DNA of 64,000 nucleotides from a virus (IMGVR_UViG_3300001282_000006), one strand, 5' to 3'; positions 10,395-20,535 are shown, counted from the first letter of the stretch. Notes: generated from the letters alone by a model not told the origin. Made by a program: numbers and translations.

Positions 10395-10406
10395 GTATAT
10401 ATTAAA
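10395..10406 (-). promoter_or_regulatory. TTTAATATATAC motif upstream of the minus-strand gene 8826..10370.
   Basis: Plus-strand gtatatattaaa. The same motif recurs upstream of many genes. Confidence 0.35.
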
Positions 10407-10437
10407 TATATAATGTACAAAAATTAATTTATTACAT

Positions 10438-10629
10438 ATGTTGATCGTAGAGGTTGAAGGAAAACTAACAATTGAAAAAGCTCTTAAAATTCTTAAAAGA
10501 AAATGGGACAAAACTAAAGCTATGAAAGAGCTTAGAGGAAGAAAAGAATTTACTAAAAAGTCTGTAAAAAGAAGAGCTGAAGTAACAAGAGCCGCTTATA
10601 TTCAGAAGAAATACAGAAGTAATGATTAA
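10438..10629 (+). CDS. rpsU: Ribosomal protein bS21 homologue.
   Basis: 63 aa. IEKALKILKRKWDKTKAMKELRGRKEFTKKSVKRRAEVTRAAYIQKKY follows the bS21 pattern, Flavobacteria-like. Confidence 0.75.
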   Translation: MLIVEVEGKLTIEKALKILKRKWDKTKAMKELRGRKEFTKKSVKRRAEVTRAAYIQKKYRSND

Positions 10630-10921
10630 GAAGTTACTTAGTTTATTTCCCAATCAAAATAATAAAACTTATGATTTAGGAAAATTACAAAAGTCTGGAT
10701 TTATATCATCTTTACCTGATATGTCTGGTTGTCCTAATTGTAAAAGTAAAAATATATCTTGGAAGTTCTTTATACCAACAGATGGTTCTAAACCAACTAT
10801 TCCATCACAAAGTGTTTGTAATGATTGTGGATATAAAGATGAAAAAGGTCAGTTTGAAATGACAAATAAATCGTTACTTAGAGAGAAAAAAATTAATCAA
10901 ATATTAGATGAGTTTCAATAA
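10622..10921 (+). CDS. Zinc-ribbon protein.
   Basis: CPNCKSKN...CNDCGYKDE motifs. Confidence 0.5.
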   Translation: MIKKLLSLFPNQNNKTYDLGKLQKSGFISSLPDMSGCPNCKSKNISWKFFIPTDGSKPTIPSQSVCNDCGYKDEKGQFEMTNKSLLREKKINQILDEFQ

Positions 10922-11123
10922 AAGATTTATCAGTAAAAATAGTTTATTATCAGCCGCTTCTAATGGCTTAGATTACTTAATAGGTTATGTAACAAAACCA
11001 GATGCTCTTATTATAGAGTCGGATGGTATATCTCACCAAGTTTGTGATATTGTTGGCTTAACAAAAGATAAACAAGAGATGAAACAAAAATTAAAAGAAA
11101 TAGGATTCTATGAATTTGAATAA
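10908..11123 (+). CDS. Hypothetical protein.
   Basis: 71-aa ORF. Confidence 0.45.
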   Translation: MSFNKRFISKNSLLSAASNGLDYLIGYVTKPDALIIESDGISHQVCDIVGLTKDKQEMKQKLKEIGFYEFE

Positions 11124-11817
11124 AAACTATTACTCAATTCTTGGAGTTGATAATAACTCTGATGAAAAGGTAATAAAAAAAACTTATTATAAATTATCAT
11201 TTACGCATCACCCTGATAAAGGCGGTAATCCTATTATCTTTGGTGAAATGACTGAGGCATATGATGTTCTTTGTAGTGAACAAAGAAAAGATTATGATGT
11301 TAAAAGTAAATTTGGTAATAATTATAATGAGTATTTTGAGCTATTTGATATTAATTTAGAATTTGATTATAATAAAGAAAAATCAAATTATGAAAAATTC
11401 AAAAAGAATGAAGTTTTAGATATCTATATGAATATAGATGAAACATTTAATGGTACGTTAGAATATGAAAGATGGGTTAAGTGTAAAACTTGTGATGGTA
11501 CAGGTAAAGACCTTTCAGCTAAAATTGTTATTAAAGACAATGATGGTAATATTTTAAGAACATTTGATGCTGATGATGGATGCGATTTCTGTGAAGGATC
11601 TGGTAAAGACTACAAAGGAGATGCTTGTAACTTTTGTAATGGTAAAGGTAAAGTAGGTTTAACACCTTGTAAAAAGTGTAATGGTGAAAAACGAATTTTA
11701 GGAAAACAAAAACTATCAGGTATTAAATTAACCGGTGATGAAACTAAAATTGAATCAATGGGTAATTGCTCTAAAGATGTTGCTGGAATGGTTGGTTATC
11801 TTTTATTAAAAAAATAA
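11110..11817 (+). CDS. dnaJ: DnaJ-like chaperone (J domain plus Cys-rich zinc finger).
   Basis: YYSILGVDNNSDEKVIKKTYYKLSFTHHPDKGG with an HPD tripeptide, then four CxxCxGxG repeats. Confidence 0.8.
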   Translation: MNLNKNYYSILGVDNNSDEKVIKKTYYKLSFTHHPDKGGNPIIFGEMTEAYDVLCSEQRKDYDVKSKFGNNYNEYFELFDINLEFDYNKEKSNYEKFKKNEVLDIYMNIDETFNGTLEYERWVKCKTCDGTGKDLSAKIVIKDNDGNILRTFDADDGCDFCEGSGKDYKGDACNFCNGKGKVGLTPCKKCNGEKRILGKQKLSGIKLTGDETKIESMGNCSKDVAGMVGYLLLKK

Positions 11818-11818
11818 A

Positions 11819-14800
11819 TTATCCTAAAGCAGTACCAACTTTACCAGCTGTTGCCATTTCAACAAATATAACACCACCCGAAGATTGACCAACACCAGCA
11901 CCAACACCACTAACAACTGTATTAGAGTTTTGAGTTTGAATACTATCTAAACCAACTGATATATTATCTATAAAGCTAAAGTTAGAATTAGTATAATCAA
12001 TAAAAGGTGATATTCCTTGATATGGAATTTGAATACCTTTATTAATATTATCTTCTGTAAAATATTGAAAGAATGGAATCATATCCACTTCATAAAAATG
12101 TAAATTATCAATTAAATATTCTACAGTTGTTAAAAATAAAGGACTATATCCATAAAAATGCATGGCTAGATTTCTTTTATTATAAAAATATTCTGATTTT
12201 TTAGTTTTTGATGTTAGTAAATGATTTACATTATCATATACAGGTAAATATGTTGCGGTTGTTAATATTGATGATTCAATTCCACCACTAATAGTAAGTT
12301 TTCTATTAACAAAATTTAAGTTATTAAAGTGTATAGGTGGAACCTGTACATTATTATTAGGTCCAAAATATTTATATGTATAAGGTGCGTGAGTAACTTT
12401 AGAACTTCCTTTCCAACTAAATTCGGTATAATCTGATATAATATTAGAAAATGTTACTAAATCAAACTCAACTTTTGTATATCTGAATCTTTGAATCTCC
12501 TCATATGTTTTGTTTAAAATATCGTTTTCACTAAATGACGTTACATCTAATATACCACCACTAGCAATTGCTTTTACTAACAATTCTTCTCCTGTTATTG
12601 AGTCAATACCTGTATATGTTGGTCTAGAAAATGTTAAAGATGAAACATCCCATCTAGAAAATGTCCAACCATCTTTTATAAATTCATTTTCTCCAGGTAT
12701 ATTGATATATACTTCAGCACTTGCTGCTTGTGATGCCGTAGATGAAAGAAAAGATCCGCCAAATTCTGTTTCAAATTTACCAGCATCTCCTATAAAATCA
12801 CTAAATATTTTATATTTTGTTCCTAGTTTATAACTTCTTATTGTTGTTGAAAAACTATCTCTAAAAGTTGAATCACTTTCTAATATATCATTTGTTGTAT
12901 AACCATATAAGTTATTTTCTGAATAAGTTTTTCTTGATAAGGAATTTAATAAAGCTTGAGGTTTTCCTATGTTACTAGCATATGAATTATCAAATAATAC
13001 ATCCATCCATGAGTTATAAACAAATACCGCATCAGATTCTAATGAGTTATTTGATGTTATTTTAGATATATTGTTTGACTTGAATTTAACTTTTTGTAAA
13101 ACACCTCTAGACATTTCAATTGTTACTGAACCACCTTCTAAAACAGAATCAGATCCCCAATCAATGTCGGTTTTTATTTGGTAATTATTTACAACTTCCG
13201 TAACATAATGTTCACCATCATATTGAGGATTTATTGTTTTATCTGTTTTATCTATTGTTATTAAATCACCAACAGTAAGACCGTGTGGTTGTGAGAAAGT
13301 TAATCCAACACTACCAGCCTGAAATATCGTATCAACAAAATTAGGTATAGTGTATTCAGATGAACTAAAATGACCACCATCAAAAACACCATCAATCCAG
13401 TTTGTATCATACATTTCAGTAATCAATGGATATCCTTTAAATAAACCATAATTCCAAATTCCCTTAAAATATCCATTTAAGAAACCACCAGATAACCAAA
13501 CATTTTTTGTTACATAAATTCTGTGATGATCTGAGTCTTTTTTAACTCTTCTTATTGGGAAGTTATTATCAAATTCAACAATTATACTATTATCAGTTTT
13601 ATTTATGATTGTATAATAACTTTTAAGTACTTTTCTATCCTCATTTATATCAATTGCGATGATATTTCCAATTGAAACATTATCACCAATATTAAAATTA
13701 GAAACTGATGAAGTTGGACCTGTAATCTGTACTCTCCATCTTTTATTTCTATTATATCCAAAGAACTGATTAACATTATGAAACTCATACATTCCTTCAT
13801 CAACTCTCCAACCACTATTCCAAACTCCATTTTCCCAAATACCTGCTTTGAATTTACCATTACCAATTTTTGAATAAATTTGACTAATTCCGGGATTTAT
13901 AAGAGATGCCGTTGCGTTTACACTATTACCATTTCCAACAAGGGCCGTATATGTTGCTCCTGTTAAACCAATAATAGGTGATGAGTATGTTAGACCAGTA
14001 CTCATTATATATTGTCTATTGTTACCAGAGTAGTAACCACCATCAACTGTTATATTTGATAAATATATAGATGAGTATGTTGTACCTGATGCTGATGCTC
14101 CAGCAAATCCACCAACAAAAATCAAATATTGATTTCCTCTAACTCCATAAAATTGTTGAGAAATAGAAGATGTCAGTGATGTTGATCCAGATGGAGAAAC
14201 ACTTTGAGTTAATGTTGCTAGTAATACAGATCCACTCGGTGGTGTATAACTATTAGACACTAAATTGGTCCAATCAGCAGGAGATTGAGATGGTGGAGAA
14301 TATGATGTATATATCTTTAATGGAAAATCACTTTGATTTTGATAAGAAAATGAAAAGTTAAAATATGAATAAGGTACAAATTTAACTAAAGCATTATTTA
14401 ATCTAAATCCAATATTTGATGTCTTACTGCCATTTGGACCACCAACTGGAAAATATCCAGTATTTAACTGTGTTGCGTTAGATGCGGAACCTGTTACTCT
14501 ATCATACCAATGATATTGATCAGAACTTTTATTATAATACCAACCAAGTGAATTTGATACAATTGGTTGATTCTCACTAGCTGTTAGTCTATAATAAGAA
14601 AATCCTTGAATTTTAAAATCTATCTCATTTACGACAAAATCAGTTATGCCCTCATTTGCCACACCTTGACTACTAAATGTACCATTTGCTTTATAAACAA
14701 CATGACTGGTTGATGTTATAGTTGATGTTGGTGTTGAGTAGTGAAAAAAACTTTGAGTAGCATTAAGTGTTGGTGCTACATTTGAAGCACTCATTCCACT

Positions 14801-15121
14801 ATAGTATTTTAACTCATCTGATTGATTTGTCGGCCAAGGTGGAGATACTGAAAAAGATCCGTGTACCGCATATAAATTAACAGTGTGTGTTATAAATTGA
14901 TAAGTTTTTTTAGATTCAAAAGTATATGGTGTTCCAACATGATTAAGTGTATAAATATTATTAACAGCAGAAGATCCAATACCCACCACATTAATTTGTA
15001 GTCTACCAGGTGATGGTGCCGCATTATATATCCAATGTACAGTTGTACTAGGAGCAGTTGCTAGTGATACTGCGAGTGACATACCACTTGTCATTGATGA
15101 ACCAAATTTACCTGATGGCAT
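11819..15121 (-). CDS. Large virion structural or fibre protein (1100 aa) with W-x2-G-x-F repeats.
   Basis: 1100-aa ORF. IWENGVWNSGW and WLSGGFLNGYFKGIWNYGLFKG repeats. C-terminal ...MATAGKVGTALG. Confidence 0.8.
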   Translation of the reverse strand: MPSGKFGSSMTSGMSLAVSLATAPSTTVHWIYNAAPSPGRLQINVVGIGSSAVNNIYTLNHVGTPYTFESKKTYQFITHTVNLYAVHGSFSVSPPWPTNQSDELKYYSGMSASNVAPTLNATQSFFHYSTPTSTITSTSHVVYKANGTFSSQGVANEGITDFVVNEIDFKIQGFSYYRLTASENQPIVSNSLGWYYNKSSDQYHWYDRVTGSASNATQLNTGYFPVGGPNGSKTSNIGFRLNNALVKFVPYSYFNFSFSYQNQSDFPLKIYTSYSPPSQSPADWTNLVSNSYTPPSGSVLLATLTQSVSPSGSTSLTSSISQQFYGVRGNQYLIFVGGFAGASASGTTYSSIYLSNITVDGGYYSGNNRQYIMSTGLTYSSPIIGLTGATYTALVGNGNSVNATASLINPGISQIYSKIGNGKFKAGIWENGVWNSGWRVDEGMYEFHNVNQFFGYNRNKRWRVQITGPTSSVSNFNIGDNVSIGNIIAIDINEDRKVLKSYYTIINKTDNSIIVEFDNNFPIRRVKKDSDHHRIYVTKNVWLSGGFLNGYFKGIWNYGLFKGYPLITEMYDTNWIDGVFDGGHFSSSEYTIPNFVDTIFQAGSVGLTFSQPHGLTVGDLITIDKTDKTINPQYDGEHYVTEVVNNYQIKTDIDWGSDSVLEGGSVTIEMSRGVLQKVKFKSNNISKITSNNSLESDAVFVYNSWMDVLFDNSYASNIGKPQALLNSLSRKTYSENNLYGYTTNDILESDSTFRDSFSTTIRSYKLGTKYKIFSDFIGDAGKFETEFGGSFLSSTASQAASAEVYINIPGENEFIKDGWTFSRWDVSSLTFSRPTYTGIDSITGEELLVKAIASGGILDVTSFSENDILNKTYEEIQRFRYTKVEFDLVTFSNIISDYTEFSWKGSSKVTHAPYTYKYFGPNNNVQVPPIHFNNLNFVNRKLTISGGIESSILTTATYLPVYDNVNHLLTSKTKKSEYFYNKRNLAMHFYGYSPLFLTTVEYLIDNLHFYEVDMIPFFQYFTEDNINKGIQIPYQGISPFIDYTNSNFSFIDNISVGLDSIQTQNSNTVVSGVGAGVGQSSGGVIFVEMATAGKVGTALG

Positions 15122-15170
15122 TTTTTATTTTATTTTATTTTTATATATTTATTTTAATCATTTATGTATA

Positions 15171-18100
15171 TTATGGTGTAAGAACAATCCCGACCTTGCC
15201 AGCAACAGCAAATGGATCAGTTACACTTGAATACCAACCGTTTGTTGATATTGTAGATGCTGTTGCTGACACAATAGTTCTTTCTTGGTCGGTATTTTGT
15301 AAAAATATATTCCATATGTGACAAGAAGATGTTCCGCTCCAAGACATACCTCTGTTTAATATTTGTAAAGTATAATCATCTGTCACATAACCATTAAATT
15401 CAAATGATGAACCATACCAGTTACCATTTCTCCAAAGACCATTTTCCCAGAAAACATTAAAAGCATTCATATATTGAGATGTTCCATTTTCCCATATCAT
15501 ACCAGTAGCTGTTCCTATAATAAAGTTTCCATTTTTCCAGTGTGAGATATAAAAATCACTTCCATCTAAATCACCATTTTCCCAATAACAAGTATTATCA
15601 TTAAAATTAAAAGATGCTGTTGCTGATCCATTTCTTTTTACATAAGGATTGAATGAACTATTTTTAAATTTACCTCTCTCAAATACTCCGTTTAACCAAA
15701 CAGAACTACTCATCTCGCCGCTAGAATGACTAAAAGTTCCGGATACCCAAAGACCATTTTTAAATTTAGCACTTCTAGGTGGTTTATTTACACCTTCTAA
15801 ACTCATAGCCATTACTTGTTTTGTGAAAAACTTTTGGTCTTTAACAAATTTATCTTTAATATTTGTAAAAATACCATCTCTCCATTTACCCCAATATGAT
15901 TGACTATAAGAATCAACAAATATATTAGCGTTTCCACTTGTTAATCCTGAAACTGGATTTCCACCACTTCCTTGAAACTCACCATATAAAAATACACCAT
16001 TATTCCATACTCTACCTTTAAATACACCACCATTAAATTCACCTGTGTACCAAGTTGAATTCGTTAAACCATTAGCATTTCCAAATTCACCACCATTAAA
16101 TGTTCCTTTTTCCCAACCATAATCTAATTGTGATGTACTTTCACTTTGTGTCCAGCCATAAGCTGATGTAAACTTACCACCATTAAATGTTCCGTTTTTC
16201 CATTTACCATTAGTTATGAATTGACCACCATTAAATATACCTTTTTGCCATGTTGCTGAGTGTGTAGCGTTTTGTAATATATCAGAGCCAAAAACACCAT
16301 TAACAAAAATACCATTTAACCAGTTTAAGTTTTGATTTAAATTTTGATAATAACTTGTATCAATAGAATATAATGTAGCATTTTCAACAATAGCATAACT
16401 CACAGTACCATTATATAAATGTGTATCTAAAGTAGAAACTTGATTACTACCGATAATACCTTTGTTAAAGACACCATCATACCATTTTGAGTAGTTAAAA
16501 TTACCATTAGAGAATGTACCAGACTCCCAATCACTCTTATAAAAATCACCATCAATGAAATTACCACTTTGCCAAGAGTTTCTATTATTTGGCAAAGTTC
16601 CTTTTCTATAATAGGAATTTATATTTTCAGAATAATAATAAGGACTCACAACACTTGATGTTCCATTAAATGTTCTTGAGTTATAAAACCAACCATTTAA
16701 GAAATCTCCTTCAATCCATCTTGAGTCTCTGACAACACCATTACTAAATGTACCACCATTCCATATTGAGTTTTGTATAATTCCTGAATTCCATACATCA
16801 TCACCTTGAACAAAGAATGAGTTAATATATGTAGCATTTGATAAAATATTTGAGTTGTTAGAAAATATAGCGTCGGAAATAACTAAATTTCTAGCTTTTG
16901 CTAAATTTGTAAGATCTTTATCTAAATAGTTATATTCTAAATTTTGAATTAATGAACCAGATAAATAAGTTCTTCTCATTAATCCTGATTTAATATTTGA
17001 TTTACTTATTTTAAGTTTTTTTAAATGACCATATCTATTCTCCGCCTTATTAGTGTAGTAATAACCATTTGATGCTGATAAACTAATTATTTGACTAGCA
17101 GTTCCAATTTCTCGTAGTTTATAAACACCATTTGTATTTGAAATAACTTTATAAGCATCAGGAATTCTAGAAACAGTTCCCCAGTTAAAATCCACAGAGT
17201 CTAAAAATACAACATCTCCAACATTTATTAATTTAGATTCGGGGTAATTAGAATCATAAGATGTAGTTGCTGTAATATAATTTGAAGAATCAATTGATAA
17301 GTTATAATTTTCACCTAATAATGTTTGTACAGTTATATTATTATCATTATTTGATTCAATATGAGAGCCACTATTCCAATCAGAGTTTTCAATTAAACCA
17401 CTATCAAAATCAGCATCTACTATATAAGCACTTGATACATCTATAATATTATTTAATGGAGTAAGACTTGAAGAGTTATAGTTAAAATCTAAATTTTCTG
17501 TTGTTAAAGATCCTGTTTTATCATATCTACTTGACCATATATCAATAGAATAATATTTACTATTAGGATTTGTACCAGCAATCTCGGTATAATATTTTGG
17601 TCCAGTGTATGGAGGAAATATAGCAGTAGATGTGTAATACTTATAAGAGTTATCAGCAGGTGTTGATAAGAAAGCAGAATATTCATATCCTTTTTTACCA
17701 ACTGTTGTTACTCCAAAGTTTTCTTCTGTGTATTCTGTCCAAGAACCTATCTTGAATTTTTTATCAAAAAAGTTTATAATATCTTTAGATAGATTATTAA
17801 TACCTAAACCTTTAATATAAAATTTATCACCTGTTCTTAATCTATCATATCCACTTTTATCAATATAAAACTTATAAACTTTCTGAACAACGTCATTAAT
17901 AGAACTGAATGTAACAGAAGTTATAGCAGAAAACTCAGATGCTGCTAATTCATCATAGGCATATATTTTAATAATATTATCACTATTATAAAATGAATCT
18001 TTCAATACTGAATTATTAAAATATGAGTTTATAGATTTACTTTTTTCAAACTTTGAATTATTTGCCTTTGTGTTTTTTAATTCAGAATTTTCTAAATATG

Positions 18101-19481
18101 AATTATTGAACTCACAATCATTAAAAAATGCTTGTTTAATTTCATTTGTATAAGGTGATTCAATTCCTAATATCTCATCTTCGACTATTGAATAAGTAGC
18201 ACTTGATTGAGTACCAAATGTAGTTGTATAAAATGAACCATTTGTTATAGTTGATGTTTCTATTATAGAGTTAGCAACAAAATTATAACCTCTACCTGCG
18301 TTATTAGGTGAGTTAATTTTTTGATAAGGCAATCCATAATTATCAAATGAAGAAAAATAACTTTCACTTGAAGTGTATAATGAATTCATTGTTCCTTTTT
18401 TCCAAATAGTATTAATTAAGGTTCCAACATTCCAAACTGACTTATCACCATGCCATTTAATTCTTTTATCATATTGACCATATAGACCACAGTTCCATTC
18501 ACCTCTGAAGTTACCATCTCTAAAGTTATTTTTAGTTAAATATGGTTTAAAGTAAGTAACATCAACTTCCCAAGAAGATTGTGTTGGACCAACTACCCAT
18601 TTATAAACATATCCTTCTTTGAATTCTCTTCCATTATAAGTGAAATCAGCATTCATTATTTTTACTCTATTTACATTTGAATATGTAGGAGAAAGAGCAT
18701 ATGAATAAGAACCACTATTAATAAAGTTTGTTGTTATATTAGTCCAACTAGCTGTAGAACTTCTTACATAAAATCCAGGCGCACCTGAAACACCATTATT
18801 CAATCCCCAGTTTTGAGTAGTTGAATAATTACTATCAATAAATGCTATATTATTTTGATACCATTCAAATTTATGATTTATTTTACCTTCTCTTGTAGTA
18901 ATCGCTCTATTGGCATGTAAAAATTCAGACGTATCTCTAATGTAATAAACTTTTATTAATTGGTCATCTGTAGCTGTTGAATATGGTGTAACTCCTGTAT
19001 AGTCTATATCTAAAACAACTTGGCATTTATCTATGTGTAGAATTTTATAACCGTCTCTACCTTTTTTATATTTATTTTTTTCAATTAATAAATCACTATC
19101 ATAAGCACCATTTATTATAAATACTCTATCTCCAGCTTTTAATTCAGAATTAACTTCAGTATAAAAAAGAGTTTTTATAGAACCTTTTATTTCATATGGC
19201 TCTACCCAATTTAATAACTTAGAACTAAATGTTTTATTTGAATTTGAAACAAGACCTATTAGTGGATCATATCCAACTAGTTTTATATCCTTTCCTAAGT
19301 TTTGTAACTCAGCTCTTGTTATAAGTTGAGGTTTTGTTGATATCGTATTAGCAACCGCCGAAATACTTGCGTTTGTTAAATTTGGCACACTACTAACCGG
19401 TTCTTTGTATTGAACCTCCATAATACTAGGAATCTTAAAGATTTTTTTTCTAATATTTATATCAACTGAAAATGTCGCCAT
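15171..19481 (-). CDS. Large virion structural or fibre protein (1436 aa) with many W-x2-G-x-F-x2-G repeats.
   Basis: WQSGNFIDGDFYKSDWESGTFSNGNFNYSKWYDGVFNKG, WEKGTFNGGEFG...WYTGEFNGGVFKGRVWNNGVFLYGEF and similar. C-terminal ...FAVAGKVGIVLTP. Confidence 0.8.
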   Translation of the reverse strand: MATFSVDINIRKKIFKIPSIMEVQYKEPVSSVPNLTNASISAVANTISTKPQLITRAELQNLGKDIKLVGYDPLIGLVSNSNKTFSSKLLNWVEPYEIKGSIKTLFYTEVNSELKAGDRVFIINGAYDSDLLIEKNKYKKGRDGYKILHIDKCQVVLDIDYTGVTPYSTATDDQLIKVYYIRDTSEFLHANRAITTREGKINHKFEWYQNNIAFIDSNYSTTQNWGLNNGVSGAPGFYVRSSTASWTNITTNFINSGSYSYALSPTYSNVNRVKIMNADFTYNGREFKEGYVYKWVVGPTQSSWEVDVTYFKPYLTKNNFRDGNFRGEWNCGLYGQYDKRIKWHGDKSVWNVGTLINTIWKKGTMNSLYTSSESYFSSFDNYGLPYQKINSPNNAGRGYNFVANSIIETSTITNGSFYTTTFGTQSSATYSIVEDEILGIESPYTNEIKQAFFNDCEFNNSYLENSELKNTKANNSKFEKSKSINSYFNNSVLKDSFYNSDNIIKIYAYDELAASEFSAITSVTFSSINDVVQKVYKFYIDKSGYDRLRTGDKFYIKGLGINNLSKDIINFFDKKFKIGSWTEYTEENFGVTTVGKKGYEYSAFLSTPADNSYKYYTSTAIFPPYTGPKYYTEIAGTNPNSKYYSIDIWSSRYDKTGSLTTENLDFNYNSSSLTPLNNIIDVSSAYIVDADFDSGLIENSDWNSGSHIESNNDNNITVQTLLGENYNLSIDSSNYITATTSYDSNYPESKLINVGDVVFLDSVDFNWGTVSRIPDAYKVISNTNGVYKLREIGTASQIISLSASNGYYYTNKAENRYGHLKKLKISKSNIKSGLMRRTYLSGSLIQNLEYNYLDKDLTNLAKARNLVISDAIFSNNSNILSNATYINSFFVQGDDVWNSGIIQNSIWNGGTFSNGVVRDSRWIEGDFLNGWFYNSRTFNGTSSVVSPYYYSENINSYYRKGTLPNNRNSWQSGNFIDGDFYKSDWESGTFSNGNFNYSKWYDGVFNKGIIGSNQVSTLDTHLYNGTVSYAIVENATLYSIDTSYYQNLNQNLNWLNGIFVNGVFGSDILQNATHSATWQKGIFNGGQFITNGKWKNGTFNGGKFTSAYGWTQSESTSQLDYGWEKGTFNGGEFGNANGLTNSTWYTGEFNGGVFKGRVWNNGVFLYGEFQGSGGNPVSGLTSGNANIFVDSYSQSYWGKWRDGIFTNIKDKFVKDQKFFTKQVMAMSLEGVNKPPRSAKFKNGLWVSGTFSHSSGEMSSSVWLNGVFERGKFKNSSFNPYVKRNGSATASFNFNDNTCYWENGDLDGSDFYISHWKNGNFIIGTATGMIWENGTSQYMNAFNVFWENGLWRNGNWYGSSFEFNGYVTDDYTLQILNRGMSWSGTSSCHIWNIFLQNTDQERTIVSATASTISTNGWYSSVTDPFAVAGKVGIVLTP

Positions 19482-19502
19482 CTATTACCAAAAGGATTTT
19501 AT

Positions 19503-19514
19503 GTATATATTATT
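19503..19514 (-). promoter_or_regulatory. TATATATTA-type motif upstream of the minus-strand gene 15171..19481.
   Basis: Plus-strand gtatatattatt, 22 nt beyond the start codon. Confidence 0.3.
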
Positions 19515-19567
19515 TATTAAGACTTTCTTTGTAATTAAACTTTATTTAATTAACTTTGTAAAATAGT

Positions 19568-20302
19568 ATGAATAAGAAAAAAGTATTGATTTTTACTGGA
19601 GCAGGAGTTTCAGCTGAAAGTGGCGTTGCTACTTTTAGAACTGGTGATGATGGGCTTTGGTATAATCATAAAGTAGAAGATGTTGCCACACCTAGTGGGT
19701 GGCGTAGAGATAGAGAAAAAGTTCTTAATTTCTACAATATGCGTCGTGCTCAAATGAAAGATGTTGAGCCAAATTTGGCGCATAAAATAATTGCTGAATT
19801 AGAAAATGATTATGATGTTACTGTTGTAACTCAAAATGTTGATGATTTACACGAAAGAGCAGGCTCAACTAATATTATTCATCTACATGGTGAGTTAACA
19901 AAAGCTAGAGGCTGTATGTATGATCATAAAACATCACCATTAGACACAGTTGTTGATGTGGGATATAATCCAATTAATATTGGAGATAAATGTCCAACAA
20001 CTGGCTCTCAATTAAGACCTCATATTGTTTGGTTTGGTGAAGATTTAGATCCTGATTTTGTTGATATGGCTACTAAAGCGGCTAAAGAATGTGATGTATG
20101 TATTGTTGTTGGAACTTCAATGAAAGTTTCACCTGCTAATACAATTCCATTTTTGACTAGAGAAACTACTAAGATTTACTATGTAGATTTATCAGACCTT
20201 GATTTCTATGTACCAGAATACAGAAATGACTTATTTACTCATTACCAAGAATTGGCATCAACTGGTATGGAAAAAGTTAAAAACGATTTAAAAAATATTT
20301 AA
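19568..20302 (+). CDS. cobB: Sir2-family NAD-dependent protein deacylase.
   Basis: GAGVSAESGVATFR, TQNVDDLHERAG and a CxxC Zn module (CMYD...CPTTG). HIVWFGE motif. Confidence 0.85.
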   Translation: MNKKKVLIFTGAGVSAESGVATFRTGDDGLWYNHKVEDVATPSGWRRDREKVLNFYNMRRAQMKDVEPNLAHKIIAELENDYDVTVVTQNVDDLHERAGSTNIIHLHGELTKARGCMYDHKTSPLDTVVDVGYNPINIGDKCPTTGSQLRPHIVWFGEDLDPDFVDMATKAAKECDVCIVVGTSMKVSPANTIPFLTRETTKIYYVDLSDLDFYVPEYRNDLFTHYQELASTGMEKVKNDLKNI

Positions 20303-20303
20303 T

Positions 20304-20534
20304 ATGAAAGAAGAATATTACAAAGACATATTTGGTGGTAAAAAATATGGCGACTATATGGTTTATGGTTTAGATAAATCTAAAGAATCTACATATAGTG
20401 ATTACACTGATTTACTTGACCAAATGAACGCAACATCCTTCACTGAAGAATCTGAAGAACAAAAAGCTATTCGTGAAGCAAAAGAAAAGGCTGAGAAAAG
20501 AAATAATAAGATTGACCAACTTTTAGGAGAATAA
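20304..20534 (+). CDS. Hypothetical protein.
   Basis: 76-aa ORF. Confidence 0.5.
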   Translation: MKEEYYKDIFGGKKYGDYMVYGLDKSKESTYSDYTDLLDQMNATSFTEESEEQKAIREAKEKAEKRNNKIDQLLGE

Positions 20535-20535
20535 T

